IMG/VR virus record: IMGVR_UViG_3300042090_002370
Location: 64,001-128,000 of that record
Origin: a virus
Strand: one strand, 5' to 3'
Length of the DNA: 64,000 bases
Position 1 is the stretch's first letter, and each line of letters starts with the position of its first letter. This document shows positions 48,569 through 57,356 of this stretch, piece by piece. Both the position numbers and the translations under genes were made by a program. The notes under the pieces were generated by a model. That model was given only the letters and a program-made list of their open reading frames with translations, did no database searches and was not told where the DNA came from.

Positions 48569-49465
48569 ATGGGCGTCCTCATCGACATTGTCGAGTTCCG
48601 GTGCCGCTCACTCGACGTCGACAAGAATGAGCTCTCGTGGCAGCTCGGCCCCACGAGCGAGGACATCCTCGACTACAACTTCCAGGTGCAGCGGAGCGAG
48701 TCTCCGAACGGGCCATGGGACATCCTGACGCCGCCGTTTCAGGATGAGTACGTCTACATCGATAAGGCCATCTACACGGGCGATCGGTGGAGGAAGTTCT
48801 ACTACCGCATATTTGTGACGCAGGTGCCGACGGGGGAGACGAAGTCCTTCGGCCCCGTATCTCAGGAGCCCGATGCCGACCTTGTAGCGCAGGAGCTGCG
48901 GCGTCACATGCAGCTGCTCTTCAAGGAGTTCGCTGGCCGGCGCTGCTGGGTTCTTCCGGTGCGCACATTCGGCCAGCGTTGTTCTTGTTTCAACCAGAAG
49001 CTCAAGATGCGGCAGCGATCAGGCTGCAAGCTTTGCTGGGACACGAGTTGGGTGCGTGGGTATCTCCACCCTATCGAGAGCTGGATTCAGGTCGACCCCT
49101 CGCCGAAGACGAAGCAGTTCACCAATGTTGGAGAGCAGGAGCAGTCGAACAGTACGATGCGGCTTGTGTGGTACCCGCCGCTCAAGCCGGATGACCTCAT
49201 CATCGAACCGGAGAACCGACGTTGGAAAGTCGTGCAGGTGAGCCAGACGGAGCAGGGTCGAGCGGCGGTGCACCAGGAGGTACAGATTCACGAGGTGCCA
49301 CCGAAAGACATCGAGTACGCGGTTCCTCTGATCCTTGACCGCGCGCTCAAGGACATCTGGTTCAACCCGAAGAGGAACTACACCAACCCGACGACCCTCG
49401 GTGATTTCCTAGACGCGGAGATGCCCGATATTATGAGGCTGTATACACCTTACCGGCCCGGATGA
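48569..49465 (+). CDS. putative head-closure/neck protein (FN3-like N-terminus + Zn motif)
   Basis: LSW...YNFQVQRSESPNGPW..Y.D..FYYRI (FN3-like), RCSC..CKLC, PPLKPDDLIIE...RWKV. Confidence 0.6.
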   Translation: MGVLIDIVEFRCRSLDVDKNELSWQLGPTSEDILDYNFQVQRSESPNGPWDILTPPFQDEYVYIDKAIYTGDRWRKFYYRIFVTQVPTGETKSFGPVSQEPDADLVAQELRRHMQLLFKEFAGRRCWVLPVRTFGQRCSCFNQKLKMRQRSGCKLCWDTSWVRGYLHPIESWIQVDPSPKTKQFTNVGEQEQSNSTMRLVWYPPLKPDDLIIEPENRRWKVVQVSQTEQGRAAVHQEVQIHEVPPKDIEYAVPLILDRALKDIWFNPKRNYTNPTTLGDFLDAEMPDIMRLYTPYRPG

Positions 49466-49800
49466 CCCCTACACTGTTTGCCTACCTGCCGAGAGAAGTA
49501 GCCGTCGCGCTCTGCAAGCTGGCCGAGGGTGCGCCGGTGCAGCCGCCACCTAGTAAGCCGTCGAACATCCTCAATGAAGCGCTGGGTATGGGTATTGGAA
49601 CGCTAGCTGGGCAGGGCGCTGCTAGTTTCGGAGAGGCAGCGTACAAGCACTTCAGCGGTGGCAAGTCGATACCTTTGAAGCATCTGATGTACGCTGCCCC
49701 TGTAGTTGGCGCTGGGCTTGGTCTTGCGTACAACATGGCGAAGGCGCACCAGCTGGAGGAAACACAACGTGCCGTCGAAGGTGCAAACAACAAGTCCTAG
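49462..49800 (+). CDS. small Gly-zipper/membrane-like protein
   Basis: CKLA then two hydrophobic Gly-rich helices; ATGA overlap. Confidence 0.65.
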   Translation: MTPTLFAYLPREVAVALCKLAEGAPVQPPPSKPSNILNEALGMGIGTLAGQGAASFGEAAYKHFSGGKSIPLKHLMYAAPVVGAGLGLAYNMAKAHQLEETQRAVEGANNKS

Positions 49801-50767
49801 TGGCGCCTTTGAGGCCGACAGCTTCAAGTATTCGCCGCTCGAGCATGTAAGAAGCCTCTTCGCTGGCTTCTATCAGGGCCTCTTTCAGGCGTCACCGCTT
49901 GGCGCATATCACTGGGACGAAGATGACCAGCTAACCGAGATCTACATTACGGGTGAGAGCGTAGCGAAGGCCGAGGTCATCGGGCTTCGCCCGGCGATCA
50001 CCATCGTGCGTAGCCCCGTGCAGTTTTACACGCTCGGGCTCGACGATATGCTCGGCTACGACTTCCGTACAGGGAAGAAGACGAAGAGCGTGCTGGTCCC
50101 CGGTACGATGGTCGTCAATTGCTGCTCTCGTGTGCCGCTCGAGTGTGAGCGCATCGCATGGATTGCTGCAGAACAGCTCTGGCTTCATCGAGAGATGCTG
50201 ACGCAACAGGGTTTCTTCGAAGTGGGCCGCCAGCCGGCTATCGGTGCACCGTCTGCGGCAGGCTCCATCATCATCTGTGATGAGAATGACGAGTGGTTTG
50301 TAACCTCAGTTACTTGCCCATACCAATTCTCTAGAACGTCGCAGTACACACCGCTCAATGCGCGCGTGGTTCGTGAGATCACAATGCGTATGCGTACTGG
50401 AACTACAGCAGTACAAGAGCAATTCGTTACGACTAGCGGGCATGGCGGACCTCCATCCGCTCCAGGCGGCGGGCTGCCCTATGAGATCGAGACGCGTATG
50501 CCACCACCCTTCGCGCCACAAGCAAGCGACGTTTATGGAAACACGCCCAATCCTGGAGCTGGTCCGCCGCAGCTGCCGCAGGTCCCACACCCCAGGAATC
50601 CAGCGCAGTGGGTCACCGTGCGCGCCGCTCGCCCTAATGGGATTGCAGTACGACCTCCGGGAATGGGAGGTCAGCCTATTCCCTTAGCGGCCTCGCCCGT
50701 GGAAGAATCAATCGGGAACCAAAGAGATGCACACGGTCACTACATCCGCACGGTCAAGGTGCGATAG
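49769..50767 (+). CDS. putative tail terminator/completion protein
   Basis: GTG 49769 with SD GGAGGA; RPAITIVR pattern; directly before the sheath gene. Confidence 0.55.
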   Translation: MPSKVQTTSPSGAFEADSFKYSPLEHVRSLFAGFYQGLFQASPLGAYHWDEDDQLTEIYITGESVAKAEVIGLRPAITIVRSPVQFYTLGLDDMLGYDFRTGKKTKSVLVPGTMVVNCCSRVPLECERIAWIAAEQLWLHREMLTQQGFFEVGRQPAIGAPSAAGSIIICDENDEWFVTSVTCPYQFSRTSQYTPLNARVVREITMRMRTGTTAVQEQFVTTSGHGGPPSAPGGGLPYEIETRMPPPFAPQASDVYGNTPNPGAGPPQLPQVPHPRNPAQWVTVRAARPNGIAVRPPGMGGQPIPLAASPVEESIGNQRDAHGHYIRTVKVR

Positions 50768-50773
50768 GACGCG

Positions 50774-50923
50774 ATGACGGTCAAGGTCGACAAGCCCTGC
50801 ATTACCGGCTGCGGTAGCATTCGTGCCGCAGGCAGGTCTCGCTGCGTCGAGTGTCTGGAAAAGCAGCGCGTCGCCAATCGTCGTTTCTACAATGAGCGCA
50901 TTCAGCGCGGGCAGTGCCCATGA
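50774..50923 (+). pseudogene. short Cys-repeat ORF, apparently truncated (GQCP*C)
   Basis: MTVKVDKPCITGC..GRSRCVEC...GQCP-TGA-C; the second Cys repeat is interrupted by a stop. Confidence 0.4.
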
Positions 50924-50998
50924 TGTGCCGCCTCGTGATTCGTGAACAAGACCGTCGTGCGAAGGCATTCAACGAACTGCCCATGAGGAGCAACTGAA

Positions 50999-53900
50999 AT
51001 GGCTGCTGAACTCCCGAGGCCCGGGGTAGAGGTTATCCAGGTGTTCCAAACGGTCACGCCGACCGTTATTACACCGACGCTCGTTCCGTGCGTTGTTGGT
51101 GTTTGCAAGCAAGAAGTCGACGTTCTGACGACTAGCGCGACCGGCGCCTCGGTTCTGAATAGCGTGGCACTCACAGAGCTTCAGGCCGTTCTTCTGGCGG
51201 CTGCGGCTACGGGTACGCCGCCAGTGTATTCCGGGCTCACTGGCCTCAACCTCGACCTCTCTCTCAACAACGGCCCGCTCATCAGCGTTGTCTTCTCGGG
51301 TACGCCTCTGACCCCGGCACAAGTCGTCGCGCAGGTCCTTCTCGAGTTTAGCGCTGCCGGTGTCACTGAGTTCTCGGCGCAGACTTTCAGCGCTGCTCAG
51401 TGGGAAATCGTCTCGGTCGGTGCAGACCAGTACCAGAGCATCGAAGTTCTTTCGACTACCGCACCGGCTGTTCTTGCTGCATTCGGCTTCGCCGCAGGGC
51501 GCGTGGAGACGGGGTCGCAGTTCTACGATCAGGACGCCACTAGCATCTACACGTCGAGCTTTCCTAACCCGAATAACAACCTCGACCAGCTTGTTATCGA
51601 CCCGACGACGGTGCGCGTCTTCTTGTACCTCGGCGGCTCGAACGGTTCGAGCGCTTTGCTCGAGGCGTTGCAGACGCAGTCGTTCCTTGAGAACGGCATT
51701 GGTCTGCCTGCCATCATTACGGGGACCGTTAGCCTGGCTGGGCTCACGTACGCCACTACGGCAACTGTTACTGGCTCGGCAAACATCTCCAGTGGTGGCC
51801 TCTATGGTACGGGCGGTTCGCTAAACGGCGAGACGATCATTCTTACTGTGAACGGCGTCGGGCCTACGACACTCACTCTCTCAGGTACGAGCAGCTCCGC
51901 AAACGAAACGAACCTTCTGGCGGCCATCAACACGACGTTCCCTGGGCTCACAGCTACGGTGAACGGCTCCAACTTCCTCGTTCTCACAGACAACACGCCG
52001 GGCTCGACGGGAGTCATCATTGTAGGTGCGGGGACTGCGAATACGAATCTCGGCTTGACGGGCGGTACGACGACGGGTGTGAACGCAAGTTTCACCGGGG
52101 ACACTCTCTCGCTAGCACTAAACGGTAACGCGCCCGTTACTGTGACGCTCGTCAACCCGACAAGTGCGGCGAGCTTGCTCGCGCAGATCAATGCCGTCAT
52201 CGGATCATTGGCGACTGCATCTGAAGCCGTCAGCACGAACTTCCTCGTACTCACCAACAACAACATCGGCCCTGCGTACAGCCTTCAGGTTACTGGCGGT
52301 ACTGGGCTTGCTGTCTTGGGGCTCATCACGAATGCAACACCGGTTGTTGGTACGGCTGGTGTACAGGCCATTGCAAGCGGCAGTGGCTCGGCGCTCACAA
52401 ACATCCTGCAGTTCTACGGAGCGAACTTTACAGCTGCGCCAACCAGCGCCCAGGTTGTTGGCACTACTGCCATCTCTGGTGGGGTGACTGCCGGGCAGAC
52501 GCTCATTCTCGATGACGGTACGGGTCCGCAGACGCTCACCTTCGTGGCGCCTGTAACGACTTCCGCTGAGGTACTCTCTCAGATCAACGGGCTCTTTGGC
52601 GCAGCTGCGGGCGGACGCATTCTGGCAACCGTCAACGGTAGCGTACACCTTGTTCTGACAAACACCTTCTTGGGTGTGGGGTCTCTGGTCAACATTCTCG
52701 GTGGTACGGCACTTACGGCCCTCGGGCTTACTATCGGTATCACGCGCGGCTCGCCGTTCGCCCCATTGCCGGGCGACACCATCACGGTCGACGGGCTGTC
52801 GTATGCGACCGTCACGCAGGTGGCTCCTGGCGGCAACGTCAACCAGCTGCTCATCAGTACGCAGGTTCCGGTGTCGAACAACGTCGGAATGTCCTGGTTC
52901 ATCACCGCGATGAACCTGAACGTGGCGAATGCCAATAGTGGCGTTACGCGGCCGTTCCCGAATCTCGTCGTTGACGGCTTCGGTGACGCCTTCCTCAAGC
53001 AGGATCTCATCAGAGACAACCACGGTAACCCGGTCTATCCATCGCTTGCGCAGATCTATGTGCAGTACCAGGCGCTGCGCCTCGATGTGACCGCCATGGC
53101 CGAGCACCCGGCCCTACTGAGCTTCAACGATACGACAGATCTGACCAACCAGTTGTCGCCCATCACGACCGACAACCCACTCGGACTTGGGGTTTACTTC
53201 GCGCTGCTGAACGCGCCGGGCATTTCGGTTACAGCCCTCGGTGTCGACGCGTACTCAGGTGATGAGCCCTTCGGAACAGTGGACGCCTTCACCAGGGCGG
53301 CAACCTTCCTCGAGGGCTTTGAGGTTTACGGTATCGCACCTCTGACGCACGATCCCACTGTCAACCAGGTCTTCCAGACGCACGTCGACCTGATGAGCCA
53401 GCCCGAGAACACGGGCGAGCGTATTGTCCTCGTCAATCCCGAGACGCCCACCACGTTCTTGAACACGTTGGTGGCCTCGGGGACCAATGGAAATACGACT
53501 TCCACGTCGAATCAGTTCGACACTGGCGTCCACAACCTCACGGCCCTACTCCTCGCACAGGGGCTCCCGCCGGCGGGGCCGTACCTCGTTAACGACGGCA
53601 TCTTCCTCGACATCGGCAATGGAGAGAACTACTCCATCGTCAATGTTGTGGGGTCCGTTATTACCATCCAGACCTCTGGATTCCTACCTGGGCAGAATGA
53701 CGATGGTTTCTACGCCACGACCACGCTTCCCTCTCCGCTCATCTCGGAGACCTTTGCTGTTTACATCCGCGGTGCGGATCTCGTGCTCACGAATGGGCAG
53801 CCTGACCTGACGAACATCGCTCTCACAGTTCAGAAGGTAGGGCAGGGTTTCAACGATCGGCGCGTCTGGGACATCTTCCCCGACTCTTGCTCGTATACCG

Positions 53901-54448
53901 GGTCGACCGGCGTGCAACAGATCATCGACGGCTTCTACATGTCGGCTGCCATCGTCGGCCTGATTGGAGCGCAGCCGCCGCAGCAGTCCTTCACCAACTT
54001 CCCGATGACCGGATTCACCAAGGTCAATGGGTCGAACGATACCTTCAGTACGCCGCTGCTGAACACCATCGCAGCCGGCGGCGTGTACATCATCGTCCAG
54101 GACGCGCCGGCCACGCCGCTCATTAGCCGCATGGCCCTCACAACTGACATGACGTCGGTCGAGACGCGTACCGACTCGGTCACGAAGATCGTCGACTTCT
54201 GCGCGAAGTTCCTGCGTACAGGCCTGAAGAACTTCATCGGGCGGTTCAACATCACCCAGGGGTTCCTCGATTCTCTTGGCCACGTCATCCAGGGGCTCCT
54301 CGGATTCCTCGCGGACTCGGGCGTGCTCATCGGCTCGAACCTCAACAACATCGTTCAGGATACGACGGAGCCTGACCAGGTGGATGTGGATGTCACCTTG
54401 GACGTTCCGCTACCGTGCAATTACATCAGGCTCACGCTTGTGATATAG
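50999..54448 (+). CDS. contractile tail sheath protein with multiple inserted domains
   Basis: N-terminal RPGVEV; C-terminal SVTKIVDF..FLR..LKNFIG.FN...V.LDVPLPCNYIRLTLVI; 1149 aa. Confidence 0.85.
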   Translation: MAAELPRPGVEVIQVFQTVTPTVITPTLVPCVVGVCKQEVDVLTTSATGASVLNSVALTELQAVLLAAAATGTPPVYSGLTGLNLDLSLNNGPLISVVFSGTPLTPAQVVAQVLLEFSAAGVTEFSAQTFSAAQWEIVSVGADQYQSIEVLSTTAPAVLAAFGFAAGRVETGSQFYDQDATSIYTSSFPNPNNNLDQLVIDPTTVRVFLYLGGSNGSSALLEALQTQSFLENGIGLPAIITGTVSLAGLTYATTATVTGSANISSGGLYGTGGSLNGETIILTVNGVGPTTLTLSGTSSSANETNLLAAINTTFPGLTATVNGSNFLVLTDNTPGSTGVIIVGAGTANTNLGLTGGTTTGVNASFTGDTLSLALNGNAPVTVTLVNPTSAASLLAQINAVIGSLATASEAVSTNFLVLTNNNIGPAYSLQVTGGTGLAVLGLITNATPVVGTAGVQAIASGSGSALTNILQFYGANFTAAPTSAQVVGTTAISGGVTAGQTLILDDGTGPQTLTFVAPVTTSAEVLSQINGLFGAAAGGRILATVNGSVHLVLTNTFLGVGSLVNILGGTALTALGLTIGITRGSPFAPLPGDTITVDGLSYATVTQVAPGGNVNQLLISTQVPVSNNVGMSWFITAMNLNVANANSGVTRPFPNLVVDGFGDAFLKQDLIRDNHGNPVYPSLAQIYVQYQALRLDVTAMAEHPALLSFNDTTDLTNQLSPITTDNPLGLGVYFALLNAPGISVTALGVDAYSGDEPFGTVDAFTRAATFLEGFEVYGIAPLTHDPTVNQVFQTHVDLMSQPENTGERIVLVNPETPTTFLNTLVASGTNGNTTSTSNQFDTGVHNLTALLLAQGLPPAGPYLVNDGIFLDIGNGENYSIVNVVGSVITIQTSGFLPGQNDDGFYATTTLPSPLISETFAVYIRGADLVLTNGQPDLTNIALTVQKVGQGFNDRRVWDIFPDSCSYTGSTGVQQIIDGFYMSAAIVGLIGAQPPQQSFTNFPMTGFTKVNGSNDTFSTPLLNTIAAGGVYIIVQDAPATPLISRMALTTDMTSVETRTDSVTKIVDFCAKFLRTGLKNFIGRFNITQGFLDSLGHVIQGLLGFLADSGVLIGSNLNNIVQDTTEPDQVDVDVTLDVPLPCNYIRLTLVI

Positions 54449-54465
54449 CCAGCGTTACCTTGAAT

Positions 54466-54475
54466 GCGGTATAAG
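54466..54475 (+). promoter_or_regulatory. putative class I promoter motif GCGGTATAAG
   Basis: About 23 nt upstream of the HNH gene ATG. Confidence 0.55.
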
Positions 54476-54497
54476 ACTCCCGAGAGGAGTCACCGCT

Positions 54498-55313
54498 ATG
54501 GAAGAGAAGCGACTCGGACGGAAACCAAGAACCTCATGGCCGCCATGCAAAGCAGAAGGATGCGCGAAGACCGCCGAGGGCGGGTCGCATGGCTTCTGCC
54601 AAACGCACTACATGGCAGCTCGTCGCGGGCGGCTGGACAAGGCGACTGGTGCAGCGCTGCGTCCAGCGAAGCGCGTGCGGAGCTACGGCCCGGGTGCCCG
54701 CTGCGTGGTTCATGGCTGCGGCCGGCGGCCGAAGGCACGCGCGCTCTGCATCATGCACTACAACCAGTTTGTGGACGGGAAGGACTTGGGAGTCGAGCTC
54801 GCCGGCGACTCCTTTGTGAAGACCGTATACCCACCTACGGCCTGCTGCATTCTGCCTGGATGCGCCAACCGACCGGTCAATCGCTGGATGTGCTCCAAGC
54901 ACACGCAGCAGAGGGAGGCGGGTATCATCAGCGAGCAGGGGGAGCCATTACGCCCATTGATGCCAAACAAGGGGCCGAAGCGGAAGGACGGTTCCATCAT
55001 CGATGGGGCAGGCTACGCACTGGTCATGCCGCCTTCTGGCTACCAGGGGAAGACCCGGCAGGGGCGCGTCCTGGAACATCGGCTCGTGATGGAGCAGAAG
55101 CTGGGGCGGCTCCTGGAGCGCTGGGAGATTGTCCATCACAAGAACGGTGTGAAGCCGGACAATCGTCCAGAGAACCTGGAGCTCATGACACAGCGAGAAC
55201 ATCCGCCTGCACACGAGTACACCCTAGAGCAGGCAGAGCTGGCACTCAACGCGCTTCAGCAGAACGACCCAGAGGCGTACGTGGCGCTGATGGCGAAGCG
55301 GTTTGCTATGTAG
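54498..55313 (+). CDS. free-standing HNH endonuclease with three N-terminal C..GC..C..H fingers
   Basis: EHRLVME..LGR.L...EIVHHKNG.KPDNRPENLELM; inserted between sheath and tube genes. Confidence 0.9.
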   Translation: MEEKRLGRKPRTSWPPCKAEGCAKTAEGGSHGFCQTHYMAARRGRLDKATGAALRPAKRVRSYGPGARCVVHGCGRRPKARALCIMHYNQFVDGKDLGVELAGDSFVKTVYPPTACCILPGCANRPVNRWMCSKHTQQREAGIISEQGEPLRPLMPNKGPKRKDGSIIDGAGYALVMPPSGYQGKTRQGRVLEHRLVMEQKLGRLLERWEIVHHKNGVKPDNRPENLELMTQREHPPAHEYTLEQAELALNALQQNDPEAYVALMAKRFAM

Positions 55314-55318
55314 CATCT

Positions 55319-55351
55319 AAGAAGGAGCAGCCCTCCTTCTTTTTTAGCTAC
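55319..55351 (+). terminator. intrinsic terminator with U-tract-AGCUAC tail
   Basis: AAGAAGGAG-CAGCC-CTCCTTCTT-TTTTAGCTAC. Confidence 0.85.
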
Positions 55352-55371
55352 CCGTCCGGTACGCTGGAGAT

Positions 55372-55773
55372 GTGATGGAAGCTGACCTGCGCAAGCTAGC
55401 AGCTGACATCGTCGGCCGCGGTCATCTCGAGGAGCGCTTTGGCACGCCGAGGCTCAGTGCCGTGGACATCGTCCTGCTCCACAAGATGGCCTCTGCTGAC
55501 CAGGAGCTATTGGCCATCGCTGGCTCCCTCTCAAACTATGAGAAGCTCGGCGGCGAATACAAGGCTGCGGTGTCTATTCAGGGGGTCCGGCAAGCTGTAT
55601 CCTCAGCCAAAGCAACGCCGGATCGGCTCGAGAAGTTCATCGACAAGGTGGTCGATACCGGCCGCAAGGCCTGGGACAAGCCGGTGACGTCGCCGGGTTA
55701 CTATCCCCGCGAGCTGGTTCGTGAAGAGGCAGTGCGCTCGGCCATCCACCACCCTGCGCGAAAGGGAACGTAA
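55372..55773 (+). CDS. hypothetical protein (K-x-A/G motifs)
   Basis: RKLAA, HKMAS, EKLGG; TACGCT box just upstream. Confidence 0.65.
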   Translation: MMEADLRKLAADIVGRGHLEERFGTPRLSAVDIVLLHKMASADQELLAIAGSLSNYEKLGGEYKAAVSIQGVRQAVSSAKATPDRLEKFIDKVVDTGRKAWDKPVTSPGYYPRELVREEAVRSAIHHPARKGT

Positions 55774-55775
55774 TC

Positions 55776-56534
55776 ATGGCAGGGAACTTCAGCGACTGGG
55801 CACCATACACCAACTACGTACAGGCCGGTCTCGTCGACGGAACGTACGCCAACGCGGGCTATACGATGCTCGCAGCGGGGCCGCCCCGTCTGTCGAACAT
55901 CGGAGGCAATGCCGCCATTGCGGGTGCGGTCTCGGGTAACGGCCAAGCCGCCAACCAGATCGTCTTCCCCATCGGCATCGTTCAGAACTTCAACCTCTCC
56001 CACACGCGGCAGTTCTCCCGCATCTTCGAGATCGGCTCCGAGCGCAGCTACTTCATCGGCGGCCGGACCGTGGGGCAGATTGGACTGGGGCGCATCTACT
56101 ACTGGGGCGCGTCGCTCTTGCGCATCCTATACGCGTACTACCAGAACCTCATCCCCCCGACGCTCATCCCGGCGATGTTTCCGAATGCCGGCGCCGCGGC
56201 GATGTCGAACCCACACGACGTCATCATCCCACCAGGCTACGACAACATCTTCGTCAACCTGGCATCCGACCTCTTCACGCAGCCGGTCGGCATCCTGATG
56301 TACGTGCGCGACATCAACCTCGACACGCTGGCGGCCGTCTACTTCGAGGCCTGCTACCTGCCGAACCACAGTTGGGCGACCGACGCACAGGGTGTCCTCA
56401 TCCAGGAGTCGGTGGCCGTGCAGTTCGAGCGCGCGGTGCCTGTCCAGGTCTCCGAGCTCACGCTCGTGACGAACACCACGAGCTCGAACGCCGGCGGCGC
56501 CAACGCCACGTTCCCCGGCATCCCTGGGTCCTGA
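55776..56534 (+). CDS. tail tube protein
   Basis: PIGIVQNFNLSHTRQFSRIFEIGS and YFEAC...IQESVAVQFER tube-like pattern; follows the sheath gene. Confidence 0.75.
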   Translation: MAGNFSDWAPYTNYVQAGLVDGTYANAGYTMLAAGPPRLSNIGGNAAIAGAVSGNGQAANQIVFPIGIVQNFNLSHTRQFSRIFEIGSERSYFIGGRTVGQIGLGRIYYWGASLLRILYAYYQNLIPPTLIPAMFPNAGAAAMSNPHDVIIPPGYDNIFVNLASDLFTQPVGILMYVRDINLDTLAAVYFEACYLPNHSWATDAQGVLIQESVAVQFERAVPVQVSELTLVTNTTSSNAGGANATFPGIPGS

Positions 56535-56543
56535 TAGGAGCTG

Positions 56544-56933
56544 ATGATGCCGCCTACCTCGCAGCCGTTCTCCTTCGCTGGAGCTCTGCAGCTGTCGGCA
56601 GATCCGTCGCTGCCCGCTGACCCCATTCCGTTCAATTTCTCCAACTCCTTTGTGGCGTTGGCGAGCGGCGTGCTCAACATTAGCGGTGCAGGCGTGACCA
56701 CTGTGCCGTTTGACGGCGTGCCATCTGCAGGAGCGAAGGGCATCCTCATTCGCTACGATACACAGACAGGCGCTGCTGCTGTTCAGCTTGCGCTCAATGG
56801 CTCCAGTACCCCTATCGAGCTGACACCAGGGTCGATGTTGACGTACTTCGATGCGACGCCCACTACGGGCATCACCGCAGCAACTATCACGGTGACCGTC
56901 GCCTGCCAGATACGGTTTTGGATTCTCGGCTGA
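56544..56933 (+). CDS. small beta-rich structural protein
   Basis: SD AGGAG; composition like the tail proteins. Confidence 0.65.
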   Translation: MMPPTSQPFSFAGALQLSADPSLPADPIPFNFSNSFVALASGVLNISGAGVTTVPFDGVPSAGAKGILIRYDTQTGAAAVQLALNGSSTPIELTPGSMLTYFDATPTTGITAATITVTVACQIRFWILG

Positions 56934-56939
56934 TGGGAG

Positions 56940-57356
56940 GTGGCGATGGCTCCTTCCAAGAAGGCCGAGACCGAGATTCGCGATCTGCTGAAGGAGTACG
57001 TCGGTGCGGTGCGGAGCGTACCTCCGCCACCTAACACGCCGGACCTCGAGACCAAGCTTGTAGAGGCGCTCGTCAGCAAGGTCGAGTCCTTTGACCGTAC
57101 GCGTCATAACCTAGCCAAGCAGCTGGGTTCTTCACTTCGTGACTCAGGAACCTTCGAGCCACTCGGTCAGGCACAACTCGACGTTGTGATGCTGCGTGTG
57201 GAGAACACAAAGCTGAAGGAGGAGAACGCAGAGCTGAAGGAGATCATCAAAACCTGGACCCACCGCAAGGACGATTGGTCTGTGCGCATCCTTGTTGGGC
57301 TCGTTGCTGGAGCTCTCGTGTTCATCTGGAAGTTCCTCATCGAGGGTAAGAAGTAG
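56940..57356 (+). CDS. coiled-coil protein with a C-terminal transmembrane helix
   Basis: ILVGLVAGALVFIW followed by a basic tail. Confidence 0.7.
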   Translation: MAMAPSKKAETEIRDLLKEYVGAVRSVPPPPNTPDLETKLVEALVSKVESFDRTRHNLAKQLGSSLRDSGTFEPLGQAQLDVVMLRVENTKLKEENAELKEIIKTWTHRKDDWSVRILVGLVAGALVFIWKFLIEGKK

